Source: an uncultured virus (IMG/VR IMGVR_UViG_3300022752_000050) (Duplodnaviria; Heunggongvirae; Uroviricota; Caudoviricetes). Taken from it: a stretch of 64,000 nucleotides of DNA. The notes beneath the pieces were generated by a model, which was given only the letters and a program-made list of their open reading frames with translations, was not told the DNA's origin and searched no databases. The position numbers and the translations under genes were made by a program. Shown piece after piece: positions 1 to 14,400 of the stretch. How positions within the stretch are numbered: the stretch's first letter is position 1; each line of letters starts with the position of its first letter. The DNA is taken from the IMG/VR virus record IMGVR_UViG_3300022752_000050. The stretch is one strand, 5' to 3'.

Positions 1-597
1 ATTTTCATCGGAAGTTTCCCAATTTGATGGTGTGGGTATATAATCAATCGAATCAAATTTTACTAATTCTGATGGTTTTATGGTATAAAGATATTTCCAA
101 ATATATCCATCACCACTTGTTCCCGCAGATCTTGGTTCAAGGTCCACAAAAGTTGGTTCATCAAGTGATGGTTTGCCTTCTGGGGTTTCTGGTGTAGTTC
201 CATTTTGTAAACAGATATAAACTCTAAAATCACTGTTTATAACATAATAATTTGACGAATATAAAGATGTTGCTGATGAATTTGCTGGAGGATTGGAAAC
301 ACTATAATCATGGCGATAATAATCATAAGTTGTACCGGATGACCAAGTACTTTTTTTGACCACCAATTTAACATCAGATGTTGTTATTTTTTTAAGTGCT
401 ATTATGGTATCCCAAGTATCCCACTCAGAACTAAAGTTATCTGTAGGACTTGGTGGATTGTCATTCCAATCACTTTGAATAGTAGTTGGATTTGGTAAAC
501 CAACAAAAGAATAATAAGAATTTGCAGTAGATGTTACACCTGCTACAAATTTCTTTGCATTTAATATTCTAATCTTATCAGTTATAATTGCTGCCAT
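1..597 (-). CDS. gp8: Baseplate wedge subunit gp8 (5' part, runs off window)
   Basis: ATG at 597; my translation MAAIITDKIRILNAKKFVAG...WSSGTTYDYYRHDY...YVINSDFRVYICLQNG...DGYIWKYLYTI matches T4-like cyanophage gp8; late promoter upstream. Confidence 0.85.
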   Translation of the reverse strand, partial: MAAIITDKIRILNAKKFVAGVTSTANSYYSFVGLPNPTTIQSDWNDNPPSPTDNFSSEWDTWDTIIALKKITTSDVKLVVKKSTWSSGTTYDYYRHDYSVSNPPANSSATSLYSSNYYVINSDFRVYICLQNGTTPETPEGKPSLDEPTFVDLEPRSAGTSGDGYIWKYLYTIKPSELVKFDSIDYIPTPSNWETSDEN

Positions 598-609
598 TTT
601 TTGAGTTTT

Positions 610-617
610 TATTTATT
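610..617 (-). promoter_or_regulatory. T4-type late promoter AATAAATA
   Basis: tatttatt on plus strand 13 nt upstream of the gp8 start. Confidence 0.6.
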
Positions 618-619
618 TA

Positions 620-943
620 TTACTGTGGTTTCGGATATTTGTTTTTAACTGCTTGAATTTGTTCTGCCATTTCTGGTGGAAAAACTCCAGCGTGAAATAA
701 AGCATCAAGTTGGTCACCGATTGATGGGTACTCTGGTGCTCTTTGTCTTTGATATTCTGTTTTTTCTTGTTCTATTTTAAGTTCTTTTATTTTATTTGCA
801 ATTTCTTCTTCCGATGGTTTTTTTAATGTTTTTGAAGTCCATACAATATTTTCATAAGATGGTTCACCTCTAAAAAAGAAATGTTCTGATTCTTCATTTA
901 CAATTGCAATAAGTGCGGAGTGCATTGGCGTTAAAATATTCAT
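620..943 (-). CDS. Small tail-fibre-associated (assembly chaperone-like) protein
   Basis: EYQRQRAPEYPSIGDQLDAL...AVKNKYPKP type sequence; 1-nt overlap with the fibre gene. Confidence 0.55.
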   Translation of the reverse strand: MNILTPMHSALIAIVNEESEHFFFRGEPSYENIVWTSKTLKKPSEEEIANKIKELKIEQEKTEYQRQRAPEYPSIGDQLDALFHAGVFPPEMAEQIQAVKNKYPKPQ

Positions 944-2448
944 TATTGATCAATTCTCCCTGTATAATAGATACTATATCTGTTATTAGTGCTTGAATTA
1001 TACGCGCTTGTTACAAACATACTAATGCTTTGAGTCCCATTTGGATCCCATGGAATTAGTATTTCTGTTTGAAACACATTATAATACCAATTATAATGTT
1101 GATTCTCAATATAAGTTCCATCTATGTTATAAGTTTTACCAGTTTGAAATATCCACCCAGAAAGATATCCATGATATGCACCACTATTATGTTCATAAGT
1201 GACATTAATTCTAACAATTTTTGTTTTTGAATTAGTATATCCTGAAATTGATCCTAACAATTGTGTCGTAGAGTTATAAGTAGTATTCCAAGTTATGCCA
1301 GTAGCTAATGCAACATAAGCAGTGGTCAAACTAATTGGATTTGGAATACTTGTTCCACTAACATTGGTTAATGTATTAACTCTTAAAGTCGTTGCAGTTA
1401 TAATTCCAGAAGCATTAATATTTCCATCTCTAACATTAACATAGGTTGTTCCAGATCCAATCGGTCCAACAACTAAATTATTTGCAACCGTTGCTGTGGA
1501 GACTGATATAGTATTGCTAGAGGCAGTTCCGGTAATACTAATATCATATGATCCTGTTAACCTTCCACTAGGAATTATACCGGAACTTAAATTACTTGCA
1601 TCTAAACTTGTCAATCCAGAACCATTTCCATAGAAATTAGTTGCTTGGACTGATGTTGCACCAGTTACAACACCTACAGTTGAGACTCCAGTAACTCTAA
1701 GAGTTGTTGCAGTAATAAATCCTAATGTACTAATACCTGGAACATTAAGTCCTGTAGTTACTCCAGCAAGAGATAGATTTGCTATACGGGTGTTACCTAA
1801 AGTACTAATACCTGCAACATTAAGTCCTGTAGTGATTCCTGCTAAGAAAAGGTCACTAACACTAGTATCCCCTAAAGTACTAATACCAGGAACATTAAGA
1901 CCTGTAGTCACTCCAGCAAGAGTTAAGTTTGCTACACTGACACTACCTAATGTAGAAACTCCAGTGACTCTTAAGTTAGTATTAGAGACTGATCCTAACG
2001 TACTAATACCTGGAGCATTAAGTCCTGTGGTGATTCCAGCAAGTGTTAAGTTTGCTGCACTGACACTACCTAACGTGGAGAATCCTGAAACATTTAAAGT
2101 AGTAGCAGTAATGAAACCTAAGGTACTAATACCAGGAACATTAAGTCCTGTAGTTACTCCAGCAAGTGTTAAGTTTGCTGCACTAATGCTTCCTAATGTA
2201 GAGAATCCAGATACATTTAAAGTAGTGTGCTGAGCAAATGCTAAGGTACTAATGCCTGGAGAGTTAAATCCTGTAGTGATTCCTGAAAGTGATAAATTAC
2301 TCGCCTTTATGGCATTTAAATTATTTCCATCACCCAAAAATGAATATAGTTCACTAAAATTTTGATTAATTTTTACAGCACCACTAGCAAGAGTATCGCC
2401 TGTTCCATCATTGGGTACTATACCTGTGCTTATTCCTTGCCTTGCCAT
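943..2448 (-). CDS. Short tail fibre with gp9/gp10-like N-terminus
   Basis: N-terminal GIVPNDGTGDTL..GAVKINQNFSELY motif; Ser/Thr/Gly repeats LNVPGISTLG. Confidence 0.75.
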   Translation of the reverse strand: MARQGISTGIVPNDGTGDTLASGAVKINQNFSELYSFLGDGNNLNAIKASNLSLSGITTGFNSPGISTLAFAQHTTLNVSGFSTLGSISAANLTLAGVTTGLNVPGISTLGFITATTLNVSGFSTLGSVSAANLTLAGITTGLNAPGISTLGSVSNTNLRVTGVSTLGSVSVANLTLAGVTTGLNVPGISTLGDTSVSDLFLAGITTGLNVAGISTLGNTRIANLSLAGVTTGLNVPGISTLGFITATTLRVTGVSTVGVVTGATSVQATNFYGNGSGLTSLDASNLSSGIIPSGRLTGSYDISITGTASSNTISVSTATVANNLVVGPIGSGTTYVNVRDGNINASGIITATTLRVNTLTNVSGTSIPNPISLTTAYVALATGITWNTTYNSTTQLLGSISGYTNSKTKIVRINVTYEHNSGAYHGYLSGWIFQTGKTYNIDGTYIENQHYNWYYNVFQTEILIPWDPNGTQSISMFVTSAYNSSTNNRYSIYYTGRIDQ

Positions 2449-2480
2449 TATTTAAAAATAATTCTTGAGTAAGTTAAAAG

Positions 2481-2488
2481 TATTTATC
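2481..2488 (-). promoter_or_regulatory. T4-type late promoter GATAAATA
   Basis: Overlaps the upstream stop codon, 33 nt before the fibre start. Confidence 0.55.
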
Positions 2489-5400
2489 CAGTATAATTCT
2501 TAAATTTTAATCTGTTGGTCCTTTGAAGATAATCTGAGGTGTTAATTCCAGATAAACCATATTTTGCATATGAAACAAAAGTATTAACTCCAACTCTTGG
2601 AGAAAATACAAGTTTACCCCAAGTGAAGTTTCCATAATAAGGTAAAATATTATAAATCTGAATATCGTTATTTGTTAAATCTGATATTGAATAATCAAAA
2701 GTAGTTAATAACGAATCAAATGTAGAATCAATGCTTGTGAAGTTTTTTGTCCCTGCCCCAGTAACATTAACAACAACTCTATTAATATATGTAACTCCGA
2801 TTCCAGTTACGGAACTTTGAATTACACTTGATTCTCTGACTTGATATATGCCATCTAAGAAACTAGTAGAAATGCCAACAACAGAATTATCAATCCCATA
2901 ACAATATCTTTGTTTTTGATAAACACCGATATTTGATTTATTAATAACAAAGAAGTCACCAGTTGTAATTCCGCTCACTGTTACGGCAGTTCCTGTTACT
3001 GTAGATGATCTTAAATGCGAATCCGTTGGGATAAACAAATCAAGAACCATCTTATCAATTGGAACAGTAGATCCAACTCCTACCGTGAGGTTAAATCCTA
3101 CTGTAAACGCGATACCAACAATAATTCCAGAATCTCCATAATAAGTAGTGACGCCAATTGTTTCACGAGAAGTAGTTGGAGGTGATATTAAAACAACTGG
3201 TGGATTAGTATTTGTATATCCAATACCTGCATTTTCAATTTGAATAGTAGAAATTGTTCCTCCAACTGAAATTACAGGAATTGCAGTTGCTCTGGTAGTA
3301 CCAATACCAATTGGATTTTCAATCGTAACTTGGCATGTTGTATAACCAACGCCACCATCAGATATTACAATATTTGATATTGTTCCAGCAATCGAAACAA
3401 CCGCAGTCGCTGCTGCACCAACTTGAGTTTTTTGTGAATTAATTGTAATTTTATTTTGATGCTCTAAATTGCTGCTTTCATTTTGTGGAAAGAAGAAAGG
3501 TCTGATACTATCAACATAAACTGATGTAGATCCAATTCCCAAAGGTTGAATAATATAAGAAACTGGATAAACGCTAGGTTCATAAATTTCACGATCTTTT
3601 GTAATCAGTTTATTTTCTACAATTAAATCTTCTGTTTGCCTACAAATTGTTGCTGATCTGAGAAGTTCACTATCTTCACTTAATCCTGGTCCATAATAAG
3701 CATTGGTGTCAACAGAACTTGAAGAATTAATTTTGGTAATAATCCTTTCATTTTGTTGGAACAGACTCTTTTGTCCCAATGATCTTTCAAAGTTAAGCGT
3801 TATTCCATCTCCAATTTGAACTGGATCTGTAACCTCTTTTGGTAGGATATCAATTCCACTTGTTCCTTTATAGAAGAAAAATTTCATTCTATCATCTGGT
3901 TTTGGAGCTTCGCGGAATGTAATTGTACTTCCTCCTCTAAATTTATAAGAAAGACCCGGAACTTGTAAAATATCATTGATAAAAATGATCACAACATCTT
4001 CCACTTTAACTAATGATCCATATTTTGATTGAATAGAAACTGGAGATCCCGAACGAGTGATTGGGAAAGCCTTTCTAGATCCATTAAACAGATTTGAAAA
4101 ATTGTCTAATACCTCAAGTTCTCCAACTGACCATGCAGAGAATCTATCAGTCTCAACCTCTTGAATGCTTAATTGAAACTCTCTGAAATTGGCAACTGAT
4201 GTTGTTGGAATACCAGTCAAACCACCAATTGGTACAGTCAGAATATGATTAACACCATATCCATATCCAGAGTCTCTGAGTGTAAATGCAACTACACTAG
4301 ATCCTTGTCCAACTGTAATGTCAACTTTTGCTTGTACACCACCACTTCCTAAACTTTCTTGACTGTAAATTAAAGGAATATTTGAGTATGGAAGAGGATC
4401 ATCTATAATCACATATGGTGGATTTGATTGACTAAATCCAGAAACACTGTTTGTAACTGCTATACTTACAATGTGACCATTACTTACAACTGCTGTTCCG
4501 ATAAATTGCAAGTTTGGAATTCCAGTTGTAGAAGAAGATACTGCAACTCTAACTGTCTGAACTCCAACTCTATATCCAGATCCACTGTTTCCGATACTTA
4601 CTGATGATATTGTTCCAGCAATAGAAACAATTGCAGTTCCTCCAGCTGAAACCAATGGTTGATATCCAAATCCCATTGTAGAGCCAACTGAAACGATTAC
4701 TCCTCCAGTAGGTATATTTAATGAATTTGGATCAGATGATTGTGTGCTTGTAGAACCAGTAAAAGTAATAGATGTAATTCCAGAGGTTTCACTTAAAGTG
4801 TAATCATAGTTTAATCCTTTTCCTTGTACAATTCCATTGATAAGAATAAATGCATTATTAGTTGCAACTCCAACAACATTAGATCCTCCAGATTGTAAAG
4901 TATATGTATTTCTACTTGCCGTAAAGTTTTGTGATATATCATCAAAGACATAGTTCTTAGCATATGCTTCTTCTGTTCCATTAACTGCACCAGAATGCAT
5001 GAACATTCTTCCACTAAAACTTGCAGAAGTTGTAATTCCTTCCCAGTCTCTAAATGGCACTGGATCAGTTATACTTCCAATTGGTGTTCTACCAGGTGGT
5101 GGATCTGCAAAATTAATAATATTTTCAACAATGTTATAATTTCCTGATATTTGTACAACTCTTGATCCAGTATCATGTCCAGCAAGAACAGTGCCCATTT
5201 CTGCACGAGACACCTGAATAGCGTTTGTTGATCCAATACCAACACCAACGATTTTCATAATTTCATTATCTACTTTGATATAATTTCCACTAAAGAAAGA
5301 GGTTATACCAGTTAAGTAAATTAAGTCTTGAGTTCTCAGTGCAGAATTTGACAGAGAAGATGCTATCGAAGTTAATACAATGGGAGACTGAACTAGATTA

Positions 5401-8400
5401 TCAATTGATATTAAAACTTTTTGATTTTGATTTTTAGAAACTATACTGTGAGACGTTCCAATTCCAACAGAAGTTAAATCTAATGAAACTGGGATCTCCT
5501 TCAGTGCATTTTGTGCAGATGCTGCAAATTTAATTTTACTCTCATTTACTTTAATAATAAAGACTGAAGAAGGTAATTTATCCGTTGTTCCTATTCCAGC
5601 AATGGTTGTAGTTGCAATTCCGACGTTATTTGTCCCTATACCAGTTTTTGGATAGTATGAAACTTCTTCGCCACCTACAAAAAAGTGATTTGGTATGAAT
5701 ACTGTATTATTTTGCAAATCAACAACTGAAGGGTCTGAACCGTCAAAAACTCTCTTAAATATTGGATAACCTTTATAAGTAAGATTAAAATCTTTCTTAA
5801 CATCTATTTCTGTTCCCGTATAGAAAGAAATGGAATTTTCTATTCTTGAACTAATCAGTTCTATGGGAGTTGATCCTGATGTATTTTCTTCGAGTTTAAG
5901 GAAATTAACTAATGATTTAATTCTTGCTTCATATGATCCAGTTTTTGTAAAGGTCAATTCTAAATTAGATCCCGATAATCTTGCACCAAAATCACCCAAA
6001 CTTTGTCCACTTGTACTTACGACACCAAATTCAGTGATATAAGCATCGCTAGAATCCCATAGAACTACAATTTCAGATATTTGATATTTTACATTTGTAA
6101 CATCTGATACCTGAACAACAAAATAAGCAGCATCATACTCATTAGGAATAGATACCACAGTTTGCTCTCCAGTTGCAGATGTAACCAACAACTTCTCTCT
6201 CGCTGCAACTAATCCATATGGCATATAAACAGTTGCACCAACTCCAGTATTATCAAAAGTATATTTTTCGGAAGAAATTCCAATTACAATCGAACTTACT
6301 TTTGCAGTTGTAATTCCAGAACTTGCTTTTAAAGTATAATCTACAACTATATCACTACCACTTAAATATGGATAGAAAGTTCCAATTCCAGATGAAGAAA
6401 ATCCATCAGTTAAAGTATGAAGACTTAGTTGTCCAAATTCAATGCTATGCAGTTCTGTTCCATCATGAACGATGTTAATTTCATTATATTCGCTTACACT
6501 TCTAGATTCATTACTCTCTACAACTGTTAAGATTTTTGCAGACCTTACTCCAGAAGTAATAATTCCAACTTTAGGTAATCTTAAGATAGTTTCTGCTATA
6601 CCAGCATTAACAAATACATTTGATGCCGCAATACTTACAATTGGACCAGAAAGATTTGTAGAGACACCTATATTTCTAAAACTAGATTGAGTTTCTGAAT
6701 CAGTTAAAACTTCATCTATATTGTATGATATGTAAGATATGTTGTAATTATTAAATCTATATTTTACTGGATAAAATTTAACAAATCCGGTGTTAGAACC
6801 AGTATCAACATCATAGTCAAAATAACCTAAACTATTTTGACTATCAAGAGTTCCATATTGATTAATCATTCCGACACCACGAATCGGGTCATTTAGAATA
6901 TTGAGGATCGATATTTGTCTCTCTCCGGTAAACAATCTATCTCTAACATATGTAAAATACTTGTGAAATCTGTTTTTACTAGTATTAAAATTAATAGACT
7001 TAACAACTCCATAAGGAGTTGTTCTACCAGAACTATTAAATTCACTACTAATGTCATCTATTCTTAAAACGCGATTTGAAATATTTTCACCATAATCTGT
7101 TAAAATTAATGAATAAAAATTGATTTCATCAGAAAAAGCTGTTTTTTCATCAGTGAGATAATTTTCATATGCCAAATCAAAATCAGAAACGCAATTTAAG
7201 TCATACTCACTGTTTATAGAAATAGTTGCTGTTAATGATGGTATAACATCAGGAGAAAGTGATGTTGGAGATATAGACTCTATTTGCAAATCACTAAATT
7301 TTCTAAATCCAGCAGTATGAGTTAATGAACTAACAGCATCGTTCCATTTATCAAAATATACTTTTGATTTAATTGCATAAGAAAAATTCTGATAATATTC
7401 ATTATCATGTAATCTTTGAGATGAATCATTTAAAACACCTGTTGTATATTCCCATCCATTATTAACTATAGAATAATAATCTAGATTATAATTTGAATCA
7501 AAGGATAAAACTTTTTTAATTCTACCTCTTGCCCCAGTTTCTTTAGATGAAATAATTTTATTAACCTGAAAATCTTCTATTCCTTCTACAATCAAATACT
7601 TGTTTACAACATCATACTCAAATACTTTACCAGATGCATTTCCATCAGTAACGATATCTAACTTTTTAAAGTCTTGCGATTTTAAAATAATTTTAAATGT
7701 TGGGAAAAATCTTTCTGGTACTAAAACTACAGAAGAATTTCCGGGATCAAAATTTCCTGGATATTGACCGGGAGTTAAATAATCCGATAGTTTATATGTA
7801 ACAACTCCTACTCCACCAAGATTTTGATGTACGCCAGTTACCTTAAATAATTGATAATTATAGTTTTCAGAATTATATCCAATTCCAGTTGATCCAACAC
7901 CAACACTAGCACCTTCTACTAAAACTTTATCTCCAGATACAATTGGAAATTCTTCATTTATAGAGTAAGAATTTTTTAGTGTGGCTGTTACTTCTCCGTT
8001 GTTGGAATTATAACTTAAACTTGATATTCCAATTCCATTAGAGTTCTGAATGGGAATAATTTTTGGAATTTGATTTGATAGTGAAAATGTATTACTAATA
8101 ATTTTTACACTTGATTGATCTAAAGGATTGTCAATTGAGTCCGAAACTCTTTGCCAGTTTGTATCTACAATTCTGATATCAATATCCGAAATAACTTCAT
8201 CTGTGACTGAATCTATGACGACTAATTTTGGAGGAACTAGGTAAAATTTTCCAAAAGAAGAAATTCCAACAAAATCAAGACCTGTCAATAATTCAATTTG
8301 TAAAATTTGTGGAACCTTAACTGATGGCTTAAGAGTCGTGTCTGATGGATAATCAAATCCAATATTTTCTATAGAAGTTTTTTTGATTTTTCCTATAGAG

Positions 8401-11400
8401 TTGCTAATAACTTCCAGTCGAGCTTCAGTTCCATTAGATGATGCAATACTTACAACGCTAGGTATTTTTGTATATCCTTCACCTTTATCATTAAGAATAA
8501 CACTTTTGATTGACCCCTGAGCACTCAAAGATGTAGTTGAATAATTTATAAATGATTGTGATGAAGAATATAATTCTGATTCTGGATATGAATTTAAAGT
8601 ATATGTAAATGTATTTTGAGAAGGAGTTAATATACTGAATTTTCCATTATATACACTATCTTCAACAATGATTTGATTATTAAAATCAATACTATCATCT
8701 ATTGATATTTGTTTATTAATATCTGAATTTTCTGCAGTATCTAATGGTATCAACTTATAGTAAAGAAGTTTTGGAGTATTTTCATTAATTTTTAAAGATA
8801 CTCTTGCGTCTGATGAAACTCCAACGACACCATTATGAATAACATCAAATTCTACATTTTTGCCAGATGTTTGATATTGTTCTACAAAGTTTTGATCTTT
8901 ATAAAAATTTAATTTAAATGCTGGATATTTTAAACCACTTCTAGTATATGATAAAGATTCATCAGATAAATCAAAATCAACAATACCATTTTTATATACT
9001 TTTATGGGTGGATTTACTGGCAATAAAGTTCCAGATGAAGGAGATGTAATATTAATAAACGATGGATTTTTTTGAGTAGATTCATATTTGCTATTTGCAA
9101 ATTTTATAGTATTTCTGTCAACCACATATGCATAATATTCAAATTCATTCTTGAGACCACCAGAAGGATAATCTGATACATGTATAACTTTTTGTCCAGA
9201 TGTTAATTTATGGTTTTCAATATAAATTGAGTTATTTAATATGTCAACAGATTCGGAAGTAAAGGATAATTCATTTAATACTAATTTTTTACTTGAAGAA
9301 TTATATTTGACAATGAAAGAAGTTGATATTGATGGATTTACCTCAATATCAACAGTATCAAAATCATTTAGATTGTGAGAAGATGCTGTAGAAACTTTTA
9401 CTATACTTTTTTGTACCGTCCCTGTAATTACGTTTGGATAAAGTGTTTTAAAACTATGATATGTTCCAGTGCCTAATCCAACAAAATACAATAAACCCTG
9501 ATGACTTGTAGAAGCAGATGCTCCAACAAAAGTACCTGTTGTTCCTAACCCAACTTTAACTGTTGATAATCCTATAAAATCGTTAGATAATTTTGCAACA
9601 AATAGAGATGAATAATTTGAAATTATAGAAGAGGTTCCACCACCAACTGTTGATATTGCAATTGAATCACCACTATTAGTATAATATATGACTTCATCAC
9701 CAGTAACTAAATTATGATTTGGAAGATATACTGCTCTCGTCGGAACAAAAATTTGTGTTTTTCCCGAACCTGGGTTTGATATTTGTAAAGTTACACCTAC
9801 ACCTACACTTATATCACTTCCTATTCCAATACTTTCTTTTGGATCAAAGTAATATTCAGTATTAATTTGACCATCAAAATTAGTTTTTACTCCAACATTT
9901 AATTTAAATATTCTTGGATTATTTTTTATAACACTTCCTGGAGCAAATCGATAAGATTGAGTATTATTAACAGATCTAAGAACTCTTATTCTGGAAGATT
10001 TTTTGTCTATATTTAAAACTTTAACTTCTTCCCCAAAAAATGCATTATTTCTTTGTGCTGGACCATCATCATCAGGATTTTTAAAATCATTAGATCCGAA
10101 TACCCTTGCAACCATTAACATATCACCAAGAGGGTCAATGCTTCCATTACCATCAACATCATGGTAAGCAGTTCCTCCCATTGTATGAAGACCTATAAAA
10201 GATCTTATTGATTTTGAGGTATTTCTTGTTGCATTATTTGGAAAATCAATTTTATAAATTAAATTATCACCAGAAAAAGATCCAAAATAATATCTAAGTA
10301 AAATAGTAGCATCATTTTCAGATACAATACCATCACCATCAACGTCAAAAGCATCATAATGATCCCAACACCAATTATATATTTCAGAGTCTTTAGTTCT
10401 AGTTGCATTTTGAGGTAATGCTTTGCTAGTAATTGCAATTCCCACCTGAGGAGATAATTGACGATTTGTTGGATAATAACCAAATTCTCCATATAATGTC
10501 AATGTATCATTAATTTTTAAATTTGGAAACTCAAAATCAGAAGAGAAACAAGAAACATCAATATATGTTACAATTCCAGTAACTGTAGAAGAATCTAATT
10601 GTTTTGTTAATTTTAATTCTGAGGTAGTAATTCCAATTCGATAAGAACCTTCCGATAAAGAACTAGATGTTGTTAAACCAGAAAGTACAATTGCATCGCC
10701 ATTTTTTAAATTATTTTTAGTTTTTGTTATGCCAATAAATCCTTTACTGTTTCCAAAAAAGTTCCATGGATAAAACTCAACTTCACTTAAAATTATTGAT
10801 TCAACTGAAATTGTATTAATTCCAACACCCAAAACTTTATATACTTTTGCATTTGCACTAAATCCTGTTACTGGATCTGCCTCAAAAATAATTCTATCAT
10901 TAACTTTATAATTTTTACCACCTGTAATAATTCCGACAGAATCTATTTTTCCCTTTTTGGTATATTTGATAATGGAATCCTGACTAGTGTACTTATATGA
11001 TTCGCTAATATATTCATAGGTGCTATTTTTTTGATTTAACTGATATGGATAAGTATTTCTTATCCAATTTGTTTGATTTAAATCAATTCCATCTTGATTA
11101 GAATTTCTTTTAAAATTAAAGTCGATTGGTTTTGATTTATAATTTTCTCCGATTAAATATGGGAACAAAGGTTTCTTATAATTTTTAAATATTTCATCAG
11201 AAGATGCAGTTTGTTCAAAAGTTGCAAAATAAGCATAAACTCCATTTGGATAATCTGGCGTAACACAAAATCTTCCATTATTTTCATCCAAATAAGATTC
11301 ATCAGTAGAATTAAACCAAGTAAAATCCTCAACAAAAAATTCTTTTGGAAAAGAACCCAAAGGTGGTCTATTTGGTTTTAGATCTAATGAATATCCCGAC

Positions 11401-14400
11401 TTTAATTGTACAATTGAACCACCAGAAGAATTTGAATACCCATATGGACCATAAATTGGATTTCCATCATATGCCCATCCAATAATTGGAGAGTGATTGA
11501 TGCTGTTAGATTCGACATTATTTACTTTCATAATGTCAAATTTTCCATATATTAGGTTGCCAAATTGATCAGTTGAATATAGTGAGCTTCTTAGACTTCT
11601 AGGAGCATATACGTGAGAACACTGCAATCCATAGTCAGAATTAAATGAATTTGCAACAAAAACATCATCTTCCGTTATGTTTGTATAATTTTTTACAAAC
11701 TGATTGATCTGCCAAGATTGAAGATTTATTTTAAAATTAGCACCAACTCCAAAGGGTTCTACTTTTATAGAAGTAGTTGATGCCCCATATCCTATTCCAG
11801 CATCATCAATTTTTACCGAAATAATCATTCCATCTGAGAGAATAGGAATTAAATTTGCAGAATTACCTTCACCAATAACTGTTAATTTAGGAATTGAATT
11901 GTAATTACTACCTCTATTGCTAATTGTAACATCTACAATTTTTCCTTCATGTACTATTGGATGCAATTGAGCAGAAGAACCAAGATTTGTATTAATATCT
12001 GGATATCTCTCAAAATTAATGATATCAGAAGAACCATATCCAACACCATTTTTTGATAAATGAACTGAAGTTATTTCACCTCTAACAATTGGATATATCT
12101 GCGCTTCAAATGTATTTTCTCCTATAGAGGAGATACCTGTCTTTCCAATTATCTCAACTTTAATATCAGGATAATTGAATATATGTGTTCCAATTCCTGA
12201 TGTTTTTAATTCTAAAAATTGTTTAGTTTTAAAATAAAAATCATTATTTGTAGTTCCAACACCAACTATTGACAATCTAAAAGAATCTTTATCTACAGTG
12301 GTAACATAATATTCATCTGTCGTATTGATTCCACTTATTGCTTGTCCATCTGAAATGTATTTGATAATCTCTCCAGTTTTATATCCATGATTACTAATTG
12401 TAATAATATTTAATGAAGTATTAATTCCTGTTGGACCACACGTTAGGGTCTTATTTTGATAACCAGATCCAGAATTAATAATATTGATGTTATTTAATAC
12501 TGCTTTTCCATTTAAAGAAGAAATTGCATGTCTTCCACTTCCATAATCAACTAAAGAAACGGTCTCAATGCCAACCACAGCTCCGTCAAAAGATCCATGC
12601 AATTTTATTGTATGGTCATCAATAACTGAAATATAATACACTGAATTTGTATTTAAACCTACAACTGAAGGTGATCCAAATGTTTTATATACTACTCTTT
12701 CTGCATTTCTAAATTTATGATAAGTAGTAAATCCTATGGTTGAAACGTCACTTCCAATTCCAACTTCACTTGGACTTGATGCATCAAATATAACTTCGTA
12801 TGGGATAACTTTTAATTTTGCTTCTGCTAAAGCACCAGTTCCATTTCCACCACTAATTTTTATCTTGGGAACTTCAATATAATCAAAACCGGGATCTTTA
12901 ATTAAAATTTCTTGGAAAGATCCGGTAACTCCAAAAAATCCAGTAGCCCCAAATCCTATTGGATCTGAAATATTTAATGATGGTGGATTTATTACATCAT
13001 AATCTTTTCCACCAGAAATAACATCGATTGAATTTATTTGACCATAATAAACTTTATCTTGAGATTTATAATTTAATATCTCTACACCATTTACTAAAAT
13101 TCCAGTGAATCCAGATTTTGTTTTATATAATTTTCCATCATTAATTGGTGGAGATATTTCTCTTAAAATTTTTGGTGTTTCTATTATTTTTGATGCAAAA
13201 TCATATTTTTCAATACAGTTGTTTGTAATTGTTTTAGTTTCAGTTGTAATCGAAACAAAAAGTTCTTTAAAGATATTAGATCTGCTTTTTGCAAATTTTA
13301 CATTGTTTTCATCTATTCTTTTGACAAAATAAAGACCTTCTTCGAAAAGATAACTAATGACATTTCCTTGACTATCTTTTTCTGGAGTATAATATACAGC
13401 ATCTCCAGTAAAAAAGTTATGATCAATGTTAGTTGTAATTTTAAAAACACTTTCTCCAATAAAATATTTGCCAGAAAAAAATATTTTATTGAGCTTTGGA
13501 TTTAATTTTAAATTCGATACTGAAGGTAAAGATGATGAAGAAACTAAAACCTTTTCGCCGTCAATGTAAGTGTTTTGAACGTTTGAGGAATACTTATTGA
13601 GATATGGATAAAAATCAGAACTTACCTTTGATAAAACTCTTCTGATACTATGAACATTATTTAAGTTGAGATTTTCTGTTCCTCTGATCACCAGAGTGTT
13701 TTGATTAAAAATATTTGTTACATCAAAATTTTCATTTAGAGTTTCTCCACTTAATGATGTAATTTTAATTTTATCGCCTATTCTGAGAATATTCTTATCT
13801 TTAGTTTCTACCCTATAAACATTATTTTCTGTATCAATTAAGCTTATATTATTTACATAATATGATTGAGATGTATTAAAAATCCAATTATTCTGCTTTG
13901 CGTTATTTCCTATTTTGCCAAGAGAAATAATTTTGATTCTTGATCCTGTTTTTTGTCCGCAATTATTTGGGATTACTAATTCATTCAATACTGACCGAAT
14001 TCTTATACGTATTCCGTCCGTGGTTCCAGCACCAGATGCATATGCAAAAGTATTTTGATCAATGGAAGTTTTATCTAAAATATTTTTTTCAACTCCAGAT
14101 ACATTTATAAATTGATTGTAAGTTTTATCTGAATACGTTACAACTCCTATAGATGAATCGTTATATGCAAAAGTTATTGATCCAGAAGATGGAAATCCCA
14201 AAGTAGAATCAACATCTATAAAAGTTTGCCCTATGCCAACATTTCCAATTACCTTTGTTTTTGCATGAACAGAAAAATTATCATATAGTAATTCAATATT
14301 TGATCCCTGTTTATTGATAAAGGAACCGTCAAGACTTACTTTATAATATTTGTCTGTTAAAATTCCCACAGAGACATTTTCTACATTTGAAACTGAGGAA

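Noticed and set aside
1790..2233. Plus-strand ORFs opposite the fibre repeats (also 43258-46338 and 47678-48001)
   Set aside because: Antisense shadows of Gly/Thr/Ser codon repeats, with no RBS or independent signal.
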